From NCBI GenBank assembly GCA_963663965.2, contig CAXXFK010000009.1:1-58896 (forward strand): a DNA stretch of 58,896 bases, written 5' to 3'. This document shows, piece by piece, positions 37,996 through 48,405 of this stretch (within the stretch, counting starts at the first letter, position 1; each line of letters begins with the position of its first letter). A model generated the notes under the pieces. That model searched no databases. It saw only the letters and a program-made list of their open reading frames with translations, and had not been told where the DNA came from. The position numbers and the translations under genes are program-made. The DNA comes from Sedimentisphaerales bacterium. Lineage in GTDB: Bacteria > Planctomycetota > Phycisphaerae > Sedimentisphaerales > SM23-30.

Positions 37996-40221
37996 TCAAT
38001 ATTTACACTCAGATTCCGGATACAAATTACAAGTCAGCCAGACATTGGCCATGGCCGCGATATCCGCGATATTTATCACACAGTCACCATTCATATCCAG
38101 AGCAGGAGTTGACTCGCAGACCGGTTTACCGGTGACGGTGTAGTAGTCATCAGCCAGTTCGGCATAAGAAACGGGGTAGTTCCAGACTTTGACATCGTCA
38201 ATCTGGCCGGTGAACGGATTGGTCGTATTGCGGTTGCAGCCTACTCGGAATTGACCGAATAGATTATGGGCAAAATCAATCGTGATTTTATCATTGCCTA
38301 CCAGATTGTAGTACATGGTGGTGGTGGTGCCATCGCAGACAACGGCGATATAAACCCATTCGTTTTCCGGGGCCGGGCCAATCATCCATTCACTGGCATC
38401 CAAGACGTGGTAGCGATAAAAACCATCGCCACTCATATCGATCTGGAAGTCATTGTTGCCACCTTCGTTATTGAAAATGCCGGAATATTCATTCTGGTTG
38501 ATTTCGGAGGTTTTCACCCAGAGGCTGACGGTGAAACCGATGGGGAATAAGGTGGGTTCAACCGTTAGAGGATCGCCATCCAGATTGAGGTCCAGCGGCG
38601 CTGTCAGGCGGTTATGGTCGCCATTGGTCTGGCGAACGAATACGGCAGAATGGCTGCCAATCGCACCGGGCACATCAGTAGAAAGTGTTGGGAAGCTGAC
38701 ATTGGGGTCAGCCGGGTCGGCCTTGACGGTTTCATCGATGGCGTCATTGCCATTGTTGGACATATCGGTAATGGCTGTGGTTTCCATATCCCAGTAGAGC
38801 ATCAGGCGTTTTACCACCAGCCATGCCGGATCTGAAGGTACATCGGATCCGCTGTCATTGGAAACAACGCAATAATAGTAACCTTCATTGGCAACAGTTG
38901 GAGAAACACTCAGCGAGGAGGAATCAGATCCCACTGGGGTATCATCGGCAGTGGTATCTGAGGCATTGTCAACGGAGTGATACCATTGAAAATGGGCCGG
39001 AGTCAGGCTTTCGACCAATACGGTGAATGTGACATCCGGGTCGTCCGGGAACGCTTCGGTGCCAATGGGTGATTCCAGAATAATCGGAACACTTTTAACC
39101 GATTCGAAACTCCAGATTTCACCGGTTATCGTTTGGGAAGAAGTGACTTCATCGACGCGCCAGTAGATGGTCTGATCGTAACCTAAGGATAAGCCATAAG
39201 TAGCCGGATCGACTAAATCGGTAATGGATTGTCCATCAACCAGGACATCAGATCCGGTGAAGTTTGGATCGCCTTGAGCATCCAGTCCAGTGGTTACATA
39301 AAGTTTATGCCCGGTTACTGAAATGCCCTGCCCTTTATCCCATTCTAATGTGATATTGCCAGTGGGCAAGTTTATGGCTTTATCAGCCGGAACGGGATTT
39401 TGAGCCCGGTCGTTGTAGATGGTATCTATCGCCAGGTCATCGACAGTGAAGCCAGCTCCACCCTGACGACAGCAAATACCGAGATAATTCGCGTTGGTAT
39501 TATCCCAGACGAACGTATCTACGCCGACTATGACGGAATTCCACAGGATATAGGCCTTGACTTCACTGCCGGCGTTGAAGTCGTTGAAAAAGAGTTCGAG
39601 TTCCAGACGATCATTACCGGCAAGCGCGATATTGGGAATCAGGTAATCTTCGCCACCCAATATTGATGGTCCGTTTTTGACAACTTCGATCGAACCACCA
39701 TTGACGGGACTCCAACCGATCCACATGTCCGAAGTGCCCTCAATTTGAGCGGCGCTCAGTCTGCCGCGAAAACCAATACCATTGAAATCCAAGGCGCTGT
39801 TTTCGCATTCGGTGAGTGTATTTCCCACACCAAATCCGCACCAGCGGTCGATATCCGTAAAAGTGCCGTCATTACTGACAATGGTCAGACCGAACCGCAG
39901 GCTGCCCGCCATCGCGATGGCGGCATCGGTAAAGTTGTGGTTCAGATACATGGTAGTGGCATTATCACCATCGGCCAGGTGCAACTGGTTGTTTTCAATA
40001 TTGGTCAATCCCTGTCGGGTTTCCAGAATCTGATCATCGCCGCGTTCGACATATTCGAGCGGCGCCAACGTGCCACTCATACCGGTTGAATTCAGGTCGA
40101 TATCGTTCATCTGGGCTATGGAACGGTTGTAGTTATCGACGAATAAACTAGTCGCTGTCTGGCCGGCGAACGATAAGCGGATGAAAGCCAACAAGATTAT
40201 TGCTAAGGTCATATTTCTCAT
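37996..40221 (-). CDS. Secreted head-domain + Ig-like + LamG + dockerin-like protein (paralog 1)
   Basis: Signal peptide; 'YDQTIYWRVDEV', 'EGYYYCVV', 'FTGQIDDVKVWNY', 'DMNGDCVINIADIAAMANVWL'; SD AAGGAG. Confidence 0.8.
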   Translation of the reverse strand: MRNMTLAIILLAFIRLSFAGQTATSLFVDNYNRSIAQMNDIDLNSTGMSGTLAPLEYVERGDDQILETRQGLTNIENNQLHLADGDNATTMYLNHNFTDAAIAMAGSLRFGLTIVSNDGTFTDIDRWCGFGVGNTLTECENSALDFNGIGFRGRLSAAQIEGTSDMWIGWSPVNGGSIEVVKNGPSILGGEDYLIPNIALAGNDRLELELFFNDFNAGSEVKAYILWNSVIVGVDTFVWDNTNANYLGICCRQGGAGFTVDDLAIDTIYNDRAQNPVPADKAINLPTGNITLEWDKGQGISVTGHKLYVTTGLDAQGDPNFTGSDVLVDGQSITDLVDPATYGLSLGYDQTIYWRVDEVTSSQTITGEIWSFESVKSVPIILESPIGTEAFPDDPDVTFTVLVESLTPAHFQWYHSVDNASDTTADDTPVGSDSSSLSVSPTVANEGYYYCVVSNDSGSDVPSDPAWLVVKRLMLYWDMETTAITDMSNNGNDAIDETVKADPADPNVSFPTLSTDVPGAIGSHSAVFVRQTNGDHNRLTAPLDLNLDGDPLTVEPTLFPIGFTVSLWVKTSEINQNEYSGIFNNEGGNNDFQIDMSGDGFYRYHVLDASEWMIGPAPENEWVYIAVVCDGTTTTMYYNLVGNDKITIDFAHNLFGQFRVGCNRNTTNPFTGQIDDVKVWNYPVSYAELADDYYTVTGKPVCESTPALDMNGDCVINIADIAAMANVWLTCNLYPESECKY

Positions 40222-40288
40222 GAGTCAATCTCCTTATAATTTTTGATATTAATTATCAGTCGGTTATTATGTTTCTGTACGAACGCGC

Positions 40289-42514
40289 TTATTGGCAAAC
40301 AAAATCCGGGAACAGGTTACAGGCCAGCCAGTTATTGGCCATAATCGCAAGGTCATACAGATCAACATAACAGTCCTGGTTGAAATCAAATGCCAGCGCC
40401 GGGTCATCCGGATTGAGACATACTGGTTTTTCCACGATATCGTAGTACAGTAAATCAACAATTTCTTTTTGGCTGAGGGCATAGTTGAATATTTTGACAT
40501 CATCGATAGCGCCTGTTAATGGATTTGCCAATTGGATGCCATCCGCCTGAAGGTTGAGTGCTCCAATATAGACGGGTAATTCCAGCGTGCTGATGGTTAC
40601 CGGTTCGGTATAAATCCCTTTCTGGTCGCCATTGATGTAAACAAACACACCGTCGGAGCCGGCCGTACCGGCAACATGGATCCATTCATTCAAGGGCAGT
40701 AATTCGGATTGAACCGTTACGACGCCGGGTACACCCAATTGCAGGATACCGTTGGGACGGATTTCAAACCAGATATTAGCAGAATCGACACCAGTGCCGG
40801 TACGGTTACTGACGATGCCCTGCCAGCTACCAATCGCATCCAGTTGTACCCAGGCAGAAAAGGTGACCTCACCGGTATAAGCGGAAGGTATCCAGATGCC
40901 GGAGTTGGCCGCAGCCTGACCTTGAGGCATCAGGTAGAGGGCCTGATTGGTTTCGGAAGGATCGACTCCCGCGATAAACTGATCGGGTGTTGGGGCAATA
41001 TTAGGATCGGCATCATGATCGCCGGCGATATCTTCGTATACCCCACCGGCCAGTTGATCCATTGGCCAGTGAGCGACCAGGCGCTTGATGCCCAGGTTTG
41101 CAATTTCTGAGGTGATGGAATTTTCAGGACCGCTGAGGTTTTCGATAACGCAGTAATAAGCATCTTCATGGGATACCTGAATAAGTTCAAAAGACAGTGT
41201 GGAGGTATACTGCTTGGTTTCAGAATTGTAAGCAGGCGCTGCTGTACTGACCGGAGTGGCCGGTGAACTTGAGCGATACCAGGCGACCGTTGGTTGAGAG
41301 AGACTGGTAAAGACACAGTTGAGTATCGCGTCTTGCTGGTTTGGATAATACAGTGTATTTTGAGGCTGCGTAATAATCACCGGTACAGATTTAACGGTTT
41401 CAAAGGTCCATACCGGTCCGGTAACACCATTGGCATCAAAAACCTCATCGACGCGCCAGTAAACGGTCTGGTCATAATCGAGGGTGATGTCGAAGGAAAT
41501 CGGATTCGCGGAATCCGCAAGTGATTTGGCAGTATACATGGCCGCTGGCTGGACAAAATTGGGTTCCCCCTGATCGTTGAGTTCCGTGGTGACATACAAC
41601 AGATGTTCTTTTACCGTTGCGCCAAGTCCCTTGTCCCACTGTAAGGCGACAGTACCCGGAGCGACTTTAGTAGCCTGGTCAGCGGGAGAAGGATTGGAGG
41701 CGCGGTCATAATAAACCGCGTCGATGGCCAGATCATCCACGGCAAATCCTATGCCCTGACGGCAGTTGATTCCCAGATAGTTTTCCAGCAGACCATCACT
41801 GTCCCAGTTGAAGGTATCGGTGGTCATCAAATTGCCATTCCAGAATACCAGGGCAATAACGGGGGTTCCGTCATTAAAATCACTGAAGTATAATTCCAAT
41901 TCCATTCGGTCATTGCCGGTCAGGGCAAGCCCGGTGATGATGTCGTAATTTTCGCCGTCATTAGAGGTAGGGCCGTTTTTGAACACCTGAAGGGTTCCTC
42001 CGGCGTTGGGGCACCAACCGACCCAGAAGTCGGAACTGCCGGGTTGATTGTTAATCCGGCCGCGAAACCCCGGATTATTATAATCAAAACCGGCGGCCTG
42101 ACATTCGGCCAGGGTATTGCCTATCCCAAATCCGCAGTAATGGTTGATGGTCGTTCCCGCGCCGTAGTCGGCAATGATAGTGAAGCCAACCCGCAATCCA
42201 CCGGCATCCGTAATGGCGCTATCGATGAAATTGTGGTCCAGATAGAGAACGGACATATTGGAACCATCCGCCAGTTGCAATTGGTTGTTTTCGATATTGG
42301 TCAGTCCCGCTAAGGCCGCATCGCTGTCATCGCCACTTTCAACATAGGTCAGAGGGGCAAGCGATCCGCTCATGCCTGTTGTACTGGCATCGATATCATT
42401 GATCTGTGATATTGCCCGATTGAAGTTGTCCATGAACAATTGTGTGCCTAAGTTGCTCGCCAATCCAATGGATGAAACAGAAAGTAGCATTGCAAGCAAT
42501 ATACTCTTTTTCAT
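40289..42514 (-). CDS. Secreted head-domain + Ig-like + LamG + dockerin-like protein (paralog 2)
   Basis: Signal peptide; 'YDQTVYWRVDEV', 'RLVAHWPMD', 'LTGAIDDVKIFNYALS', 'DFNQDCYVDLYDLAIMANNWL'; SD GGAGG. Confidence 0.8.
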   Translation of the reverse strand: MKKSILLAMLLSVSSIGLASNLGTQLFMDNFNRAISQINDIDASTTGMSGSLAPLTYVESGDDSDAALAGLTNIENNQLQLADGSNMSVLYLDHNFIDSAITDAGGLRVGFTIIADYGAGTTINHYCGFGIGNTLAECQAAGFDYNNPGFRGRINNQPGSSDFWVGWCPNAGGTLQVFKNGPTSNDGENYDIITGLALTGNDRMELELYFSDFNDGTPVIALVFWNGNLMTTDTFNWDSDGLLENYLGINCRQGIGFAVDDLAIDAVYYDRASNPSPADQATKVAPGTVALQWDKGLGATVKEHLLYVTTELNDQGEPNFVQPAAMYTAKSLADSANPISFDITLDYDQTVYWRVDEVFDANGVTGPVWTFETVKSVPVIITQPQNTLYYPNQQDAILNCVFTSLSQPTVAWYRSSSPATPVSTAAPAYNSETKQYTSTLSFELIQVSHEDAYYCVIENLSGPENSITSEIANLGIKRLVAHWPMDQLAGGVYEDIAGDHDADPNIAPTPDQFIAGVDPSETNQALYLMPQGQAAANSGIWIPSAYTGEVTFSAWVQLDAIGSWQGIVSNRTGTGVDSANIWFEIRPNGILQLGVPGVVTVQSELLPLNEWIHVAGTAGSDGVFVYINGDQKGIYTEPVTISTLELPVYIGALNLQADGIQLANPLTGAIDDVKIFNYALSQKEIVDLLYYDIVEKPVCLNPDDPALAFDFNQDCYVDLYDLAIMANNWLACNLFPDFVCQ

Positions 42515-42569
42515 TGTTTACCTCCGCTATTTGAGTAAAAGTTTCAGTTCGCAATTCCCATAAAACGAC

Positions 42570-44199
42570 TTATGGTGAGATTATCGCGGACCGGTATAAT
42601 TTTTCGATTTCCTGATCACTCAGCACTTTAGTGAACAGCATAATTTCGGATAAAGCGCCTTTGAAACAGTCAAAGCCAGATAATTCGCCGCCGAATTGCA
42701 TCGTCTTATAATGGCCGATAAATCCATCGCTATCCTGGCCGGGCGGGCTGGTGGCGATTTTTTTTGCCGTTCAAGTACATTTTTTTTGTGTTGTGTATTC
42801 CACCGGTGTTTACTATGGTAAAGAAATACCATTTATCCGGTTTCAGAACGATATTGCCATTCAGTTTACGCCATTGATTATTCTTGTTATGACAGGCCAC
42901 GTGTTGCAGGGCGCCATTTTCGGTCATGTAAGTCGTTCTGAGATAATTCAGATCGCTGCTCTGAATTCGATGAGCGCTGACGAGTTGTTCTTTGATCGAA
43001 TCAAAACGAATCCAGTAACAGGTAGTAAAGCACCCGCTGGCCGCCTGGGGCAAGGCCGGTAATTTATTCACGGTGATTTTATCTTGCGGATTGTCAAACT
43101 GGAAAGCCCAAGCCCGGTTTGCTCCTCCCAGTGCCGGACCCGCGACAACGGTCAGGTCGGGATTGATCTGAAATTGTATACCGGAGTATGGGGTGCGGTT
43201 TTGTAACGATTGGGGTGAATTATTGGTTAAACCCAGGTAAATGGCCGGATTCAGGGAACGGGCATATGCTTCAAATGGTGAAGAGATATCAAAAACAAAC
43301 TGTTCCGGAGACGGCGGGATTTCGCTTAAGTGATTGTCAGAGGCCCGGCCGGCCTGATTTTGCGATAAACGGATCGACTGGTTAAAAACGCGGGTATTGG
43401 ATCCAAGTCGCAATTCGACCTGGCCTTTTTTAACATGAGCTTCGGTATTGGCTTTATTGTCCACCGCAACGGCGAACTCGGTGCCGTAATCGACTATGGA
43501 TGCCGAGGGTGTGCGTACGGTAAATCCAACGGCTTCTTTGGGAACCGTGGCCGTTAGTTTACCACCGGCCAGAAACAGTTGACTGTCGTTGTCGAGCGAA
43601 AATTCGGTCCGGCCCTGAATCAGAACGATACTGTTATCATTCATGCGGATTTTAAGCAGGCCATCTGCCAGCGATAGGGGCTGACTGGAAATCTTATCGC
43701 CGGGTCGTAACTGAAACGACGGATCAGACCAGGTCGCATCATAGCTTTCCAGCAAGGTGCCATAGGACATTTTCTGGGGGGTGCCAAAATGCGCCAGCAA
43801 TAGCAGGTAAAAAAGGGCTGCGGAGGATACCAGGATTGAAAAAAGCGACAGCTTGTCCGGTTTCCGAGGCGCCATAGCCATGGGTTCCGGGATCGATTTT
43901 TCTTCTTCTTTTTCTTTAGCCGGTTGAGGGATGGTGGGGGAATTCATTTCCTGCTTGAGCAGGTCATGCCACAAATTCCAGTCTTGAACGGCAGATTCCT
44001 GGCCCCGGAGATAGGTGGTGCCTTTCATGGAGAATATGTTGGTATGAACCAGGACGATTTCCGTGTAATATTCCAAGGCCTGCGGATTGGATTGTAAAAG
44101 TGTTTCCAGTCGTTGGAGATTTTGCTGATCCAATGTGCCGTTTAATGAGTGCACAACCAGATCCGATATTTCGGTCATTAATTGAGGGTTTTCGTTCAA
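42570..44199 (-). CDS. FecR-domain anti-sigma factor with C-terminal LamG domain; apparent frameshift at T8 42758-42765
   Basis: TTG start overlapping the sigma stop; TM segment; 'GFTVRTPSASIVDYGTEFAV...HVKKGQV'. Removing one base extends the frame to 'FKGALSEIMLFTKVLSDQEIEKLY' and TAA at 42570. Confidence 0.82.
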
Positions 44200-44813
44200 G
44201 AGTTTTCTTCCAGTTGAAGGTTGCGGCGAACGCACAGGGCCAGTTTTGATAATATCAATGAGATCATATGGTGAATCATCGGGGAGGATTTACCAATACG
44301 ATCGGATATTTTGTTCAGGGTTAGTTCGTGTTCGTAGCGTAATTGCAGCAGTTGGGTTTCATTTTTTGTGAGTTTTTTTACACATCCCTGCAGGATATCG
44401 AGGCGGTTATTCAGGGAGTTTAGTTTTGATTCTGAGGCAGAATCAATCAGATCGAAAATTTGATCGCTGAAAATCAGTTTTTTATGAAAGGATCTTTTCC
44501 GGTAATTGAGAATTTTATATTTGGCAATTTTCAGCGACCATGCCACGAAGTTCGTACCCGGTTGAAACGAATCAAATTTATTCCACATCTCTGTCAGGGT
44601 TTCCTGATAGATGTCCTCCGCATCGTCCATATTGGGAACCAGCATGGTTATAAACGCCTGGATACGGTGCTGGCTGGGCACCAACAGGTTAATAAATATT
44701 TTCGTGGTGTCTTGTCTGGACCTGTCTAGCATTTTTTCTGGATTGGTTGTAACAATTTTCCTACGGTTTATCGTGTCATTAAAAAAGACACAAAGATAAT
44801 CAGGGTTCACCAT
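44196..44813 (-). CDS. ECF RNA polymerase sigma-70 factor (paralog of the 1374 gene)
   Basis: 'DAEDIYQETLTEMWNKFDSFQPGTNFVAWSLKIAKYKI', 'LRYEHELTLNKISDRIGK'. True start may be 44732. Confidence 0.9.
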   Translation of the reverse strand: MVNPDYLCVFFNDTINRRKIVTTNPEKMLDRSRQDTTKIFINLLVPSQHRIQAFITMLVPNMDDAEDIYQETLTEMWNKFDSFQPGTNFVAWSLKIAKYKILNYRKRSFHKKLIFSDQIFDLIDSASESKLNSLNNRLDILQGCVKKLTKNETQLLQLRYEHELTLNKISDRIGKSSPMIHHMISLILSKLALCVRRNLQLEENS

Positions 44814-45130
44814 ATGCTTTTTATGTATGCCCCTATATATTCATTTCTCGTAATGTGTATTTATTCAAAGAAAAATTAGAAATAAGGCAGAATTTTTTAG
44901 AATATCAATATTGATGATACTTTTATAAAATGGGCGGTCCATTTTTAAGTGTTTTATATTAACGATGTTATGTATAATAGGCCGATTCGGCGAGGGAGCA
45001 GGGGGGATGTATCGGGGTATGATAAAGAATCTAGTCATTATAATTGTGGCAGAGTGATAGGTTGATATGTTAATCTGTATATTATGAGACTTGAAAAATT
45101 GAGGTCCAGATACTCGATGGGAGTACGATA

Positions 45131-46489
45131 ATGAATCGAAGAGGTTTTCTTAAAAGTGTCAGTCTGGCGGCGTTTGGATGCTGTATGGGCGGGATTGGAA
45201 ATCGGGCGGCCGGGAACGCGGCCAGGGAGAAGAAGCCAAATATTATTCTCATTTTTACAGATGATCAGGGGTATGGTGATCTGGGGTGTTATGGTTCGAA
45301 GACGATCCGTTCGCCGAGGCTGGATCGGCTGGCGGCAGAGGGGACGCGGTTTACTGATTTTTATGCCCAACCGGTATGCGGGCCGTCGAGGTCGGCGCTG
45401 TTGACCGGCCGTTATCCGGTGCGAAGCCGGGGTTGGTCCATGCCTGAAAGTGAAATTACCATTGCAGAACTGTTGAAGACGGTTGGCTATACTACCGGCT
45501 GTATTGGCAAATGGGATGTCTCCAATCGCAGAGATATCAAAGGGCGAGTGCCCAACGATCAGGGATTCGATTATTTCTGGGGGGCTTTGGGGGCCAATGA
45601 TAATGGGACGATACCGCTTTACGATAATCGAAAAGCGCTGGGTGTTGACCGGGATATGGCGACGCTGACACAACGATATACGGACCAGGGAATCGAATTT
45701 ATTAAAGCCAACCAGGACAAGCCGTTTTTATTGTATCTGGCACATACGATGGCCCATTCGATCGTTGACGCCAGTGCGGATTTTAAAGGCAAATCTCAGG
45801 GCGGGCTTTATGATGATGTGATTGAAGAGCTGGATTATCATACCGGCCGATTGCTGGATGTGGTGGATGAACTGGGATTAGGTGACAATACGCTGGTTAT
45901 CTTTACGACGGACAACGGGCCGTGGCACAATATGCAGGATATACTGCGTCAGAAACATAATGGGGCGGTGGCCTGGGGTTCATCAGGGCCGTTGAGAGAA
46001 GGCAAAGGCTCAACCTGGGAAGGGGGGATGCGAGTTCCCTGTATCGTTCGCTGGCCGGGGCATGTGCCCGGCGGCCGGGAAAGCAATGCTATTTTCGCGA
46101 CAGTGGATTTGTTGCCGACGTTTGCTAAACTGACGGGATACGAGGCGCCCGGAGACCGGATCATTGATGGAGTGGATCAGACCGATCTGCTGATGGGAAA
46201 GAGTCAGGCGGGGGCCAGGGACCATCTGTATTACTTCTGTAAGAATTCACTGCATGGGGTTCGAAAGGGGAAATGGAAACTGCTGCTGGCGGATCGCAAG
46301 GACTATTATGGCTATGTGAAGGACCGGGGGAGCAGCGGGATGGAACTTTATGACCTGGAAACGGATGTGGGAGAAACGCGCAACCTGATCGAAGAACATC
46401 CGGAGGTGGTTAAAGATCTGCTTAAGTTGGTGGCGGCATTTCAATGGCCGGATGAATTGGGGGATCCGGGTATTACTATCAAAAATTGA
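45131..46489 (+). CDS. Arylsulfatase A-like sulfatase with Tat signal
   Basis: 'MNRRGFLK'; 'TDDQGYGDLGCYG', 'CGPSRSALLTGRYP', 'DNGPW', 'WEGGMRVP'. Confidence 0.93.
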   Translation: MNRRGFLKSVSLAAFGCCMGGIGNRAAGNAAREKKPNIILIFTDDQGYGDLGCYGSKTIRSPRLDRLAAEGTRFTDFYAQPVCGPSRSALLTGRYPVRSRGWSMPESEITIAELLKTVGYTTGCIGKWDVSNRRDIKGRVPNDQGFDYFWGALGANDNGTIPLYDNRKALGVDRDMATLTQRYTDQGIEFIKANQDKPFLLYLAHTMAHSIVDASADFKGKSQGGLYDDVIEELDYHTGRLLDVVDELGLGDNTLVIFTTDNGPWHNMQDILRQKHNGAVAWGSSGPLREGKGSTWEGGMRVPCIVRWPGHVPGGRESNAIFATVDLLPTFAKLTGYEAPGDRIIDGVDQTDLLMGKSQAGARDHLYYFCKNSLHGVRKGKWKLLLADRKDYYGYVKDRGSSGMELYDLETDVGETRNLIEEHPEVVKDLLKLVAAFQWPDELGDPGITIKN

Positions 46490-46561
46490 AATCAGGACCC
46501 CGGCTATCCAGCAAACATCAGAGTTCTATCATTGGCATAAAAACATGGCTAATCGATGTGA

Positions 46562-48204
46562 TTATTGGGCTGTGATTTCAATGTCGTCGAATTGGGCGTA
46601 AGAATTGACTACACGGAGACCGGCGAAACCTTTGGAATAGCTGTTGTCGGTGATTTCGATAATCAATTGATTGTCGATCCAGAACTGAATGGTCTGGTTG
46701 CGGCTGGTGACTTTGAGAGTATACCATTGGCCGGATTGGCAGGGGAAATCTTTTAAGGCCAGTTCGCGCCAGTGTTGGCCATCCATTTTGCCCAACACGG
46801 CTTTTTGTGTGGCCGGGATGATACCGGCGAAGTAGCCTTGCTGGGCGTCGTAGCCGACGGCGGGATGCTGGACGCGGAAGATCAGGCCGGCATCACGGTT
46901 GCCTTCGATGATGTTGACTCTGGCCTGCATGGCAAAGTTGTCCCAGATCCGATCGCGGACAATGGCTTTTTCGCCGGAGCGGTAGTTATTGGCAGTGCCC
47001 CAGCCGGGATCAATACCGAGAGCGAGTTTACCGTTCAGAACATCGATATAACGGTTATAGCCGAAGTATTGCCAGTGGTCCCAGCGATTGTTATCGAAAT
47101 TGTCCTGGAAGTGCCGGCCGGTCGTAGCGTTTTTTTCACCGGATGGTCGGGTCAGAGGCTGGCCCGTCTCGACGGGGGGGCCAAAGTCAGGTTCGCCACC
47201 GGGCGTGAATGTGAACGGTTGGATCCGGACATTTCGCTGCCAGCCTGGTTGAGTGCCGATTTTGGAATGATAAACGATCCAGTGTTCTGTGTCGTCGGGG
47301 AGGTTGTGAAGGAAGCGTGGCCGACGCCATGGACGGTATCTGTTCCGGTAAAGACGGGGACCGGCTTTTTGGTCCAGTTTCGCGGCTGCATGGGATCGGC
47401 ATGATCATCGATGGCCAGCTGGCCGAGTTTGTAGGTGGGCTCCCAGGAACCACTGCAGGAATAGATGACGTAGACCTTACCCTGATGTTTGAGGATCTGG
47501 GGGCCTTCATTCAATCCTTTCTGGTTGGGATTTTCGGAGACCTTTTCCCAGTCGCAGGTGTTGTTTTCGGTGATTTTGACCCGGTTGGATTTAATCGTCC
47601 AGGGATTGGCCATTTCGGCGATATAGAGGGATTGGATGTCATTGACGGTGTGCCAGCCGGACCAGATCAGGTAGAGTTTGCCGGACATTTCCAGAGGGGT
47701 GGCGTCGATGGCCCAGCGGTTGTTCTGGCGGGTTTCGATCTGATCGCCGGTATAGAGAAAGCCTTTGTCAATATAGTCACCTTGCGGATCCTGGGTACGG
47801 CTTTGCAGCACGCCGGTACGGTGATCGGCGTTTTTACCGGCATCGGCGGCGTAATAGATATACCAGCGGCCCTGGAGATAATGGATTTCCGGGGCCCAGA
47901 CTTCAGAGGTGTTCCAGCCGGTTTGGGGTGCGCGCCAGACAATCCGCTTGACGCCTTTATCGGTGAGTTTATCCGACTTCCAGATCGCGATACCTTTGTC
48001 ACCTTCGGACTGGCAGAAATAGTAAAAGCCATCGGTGTGTTTGCAGACGAAAGGGTCGGCCCCTTCATAGATGGGATTAACAAAGGTGGCGTCCCAGTGA
48101 TCCGGTTTGGCGTCATTGGGGCCGGCGGCCAGAGTCAGTGGTTTGCGGCAGGCGGTCAGGCTGAATATGGAGAAGACGATAAGTAAAGCTGTTATTTTTT
48201 TCAT
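46562..48204 (-). CDS. GH43 glycoside hydrolase lipoprotein with C-terminal DUF1080-like beta-sandwich; apparent frameshift at G4 47297-47300
   Basis: Lipobox 'LTAC'; 'GADPFV', 'WAPEIH', 'WAIDAT', 'NEGPQ', 'GVGHASFT'. Adding one base gives 'SPDDTEHWIVYH...PDFGPP...' continuing into 'DAGLIFRV...GFAGLRV...FDDIEIT'. Confidence 0.85.
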
Positions 48205-48330
48205 GGCAAATTGAGTATCTGAAAGTTCTAATATTAGTCTAAAGAAACTATATGATAATCTATTTTGGAATAAAATCAATCCTGAAGAATTTGGAATATG
48301 CCGGTGTGATCTTGGTGAGGATGAAAGTTC

Positions 48331-48359
48331 GATGGTAGCGGATACCCTCCGCTACCATC
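48331..48359 (-). terminator. Hairpin downstream of the 1.6-kaa gene
   Basis: GATGGTAGCGGA-taccc-TCCGCTACCATC, a perfect 12-bp stem. Confidence 0.6.
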
Positions 48360-48405
48360 AGGTTAATGGTCAAAAATGCGGTTAGACTGATTCAGATACA
48401 GTTTT

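Noticed and set aside
31587..42440. Diversity-generating retroelement or invertible cassette behind the repeated domains
   Set aside because: No reverse transcriptase or recombinase; the copies are diverged throughout rather than at adenines, and all lie within coding frames.
21920..47510. Many long antisense or alternate-frame ORFs over the sulfatase/GH genes (e.g. 22926-23528, 23583-24212, 45038-45673, 46772-47404)
   Set aside because: Expected shadow ORFs in GC-rich, codon-biased genes; the opposite strand carries the conserved motifs.
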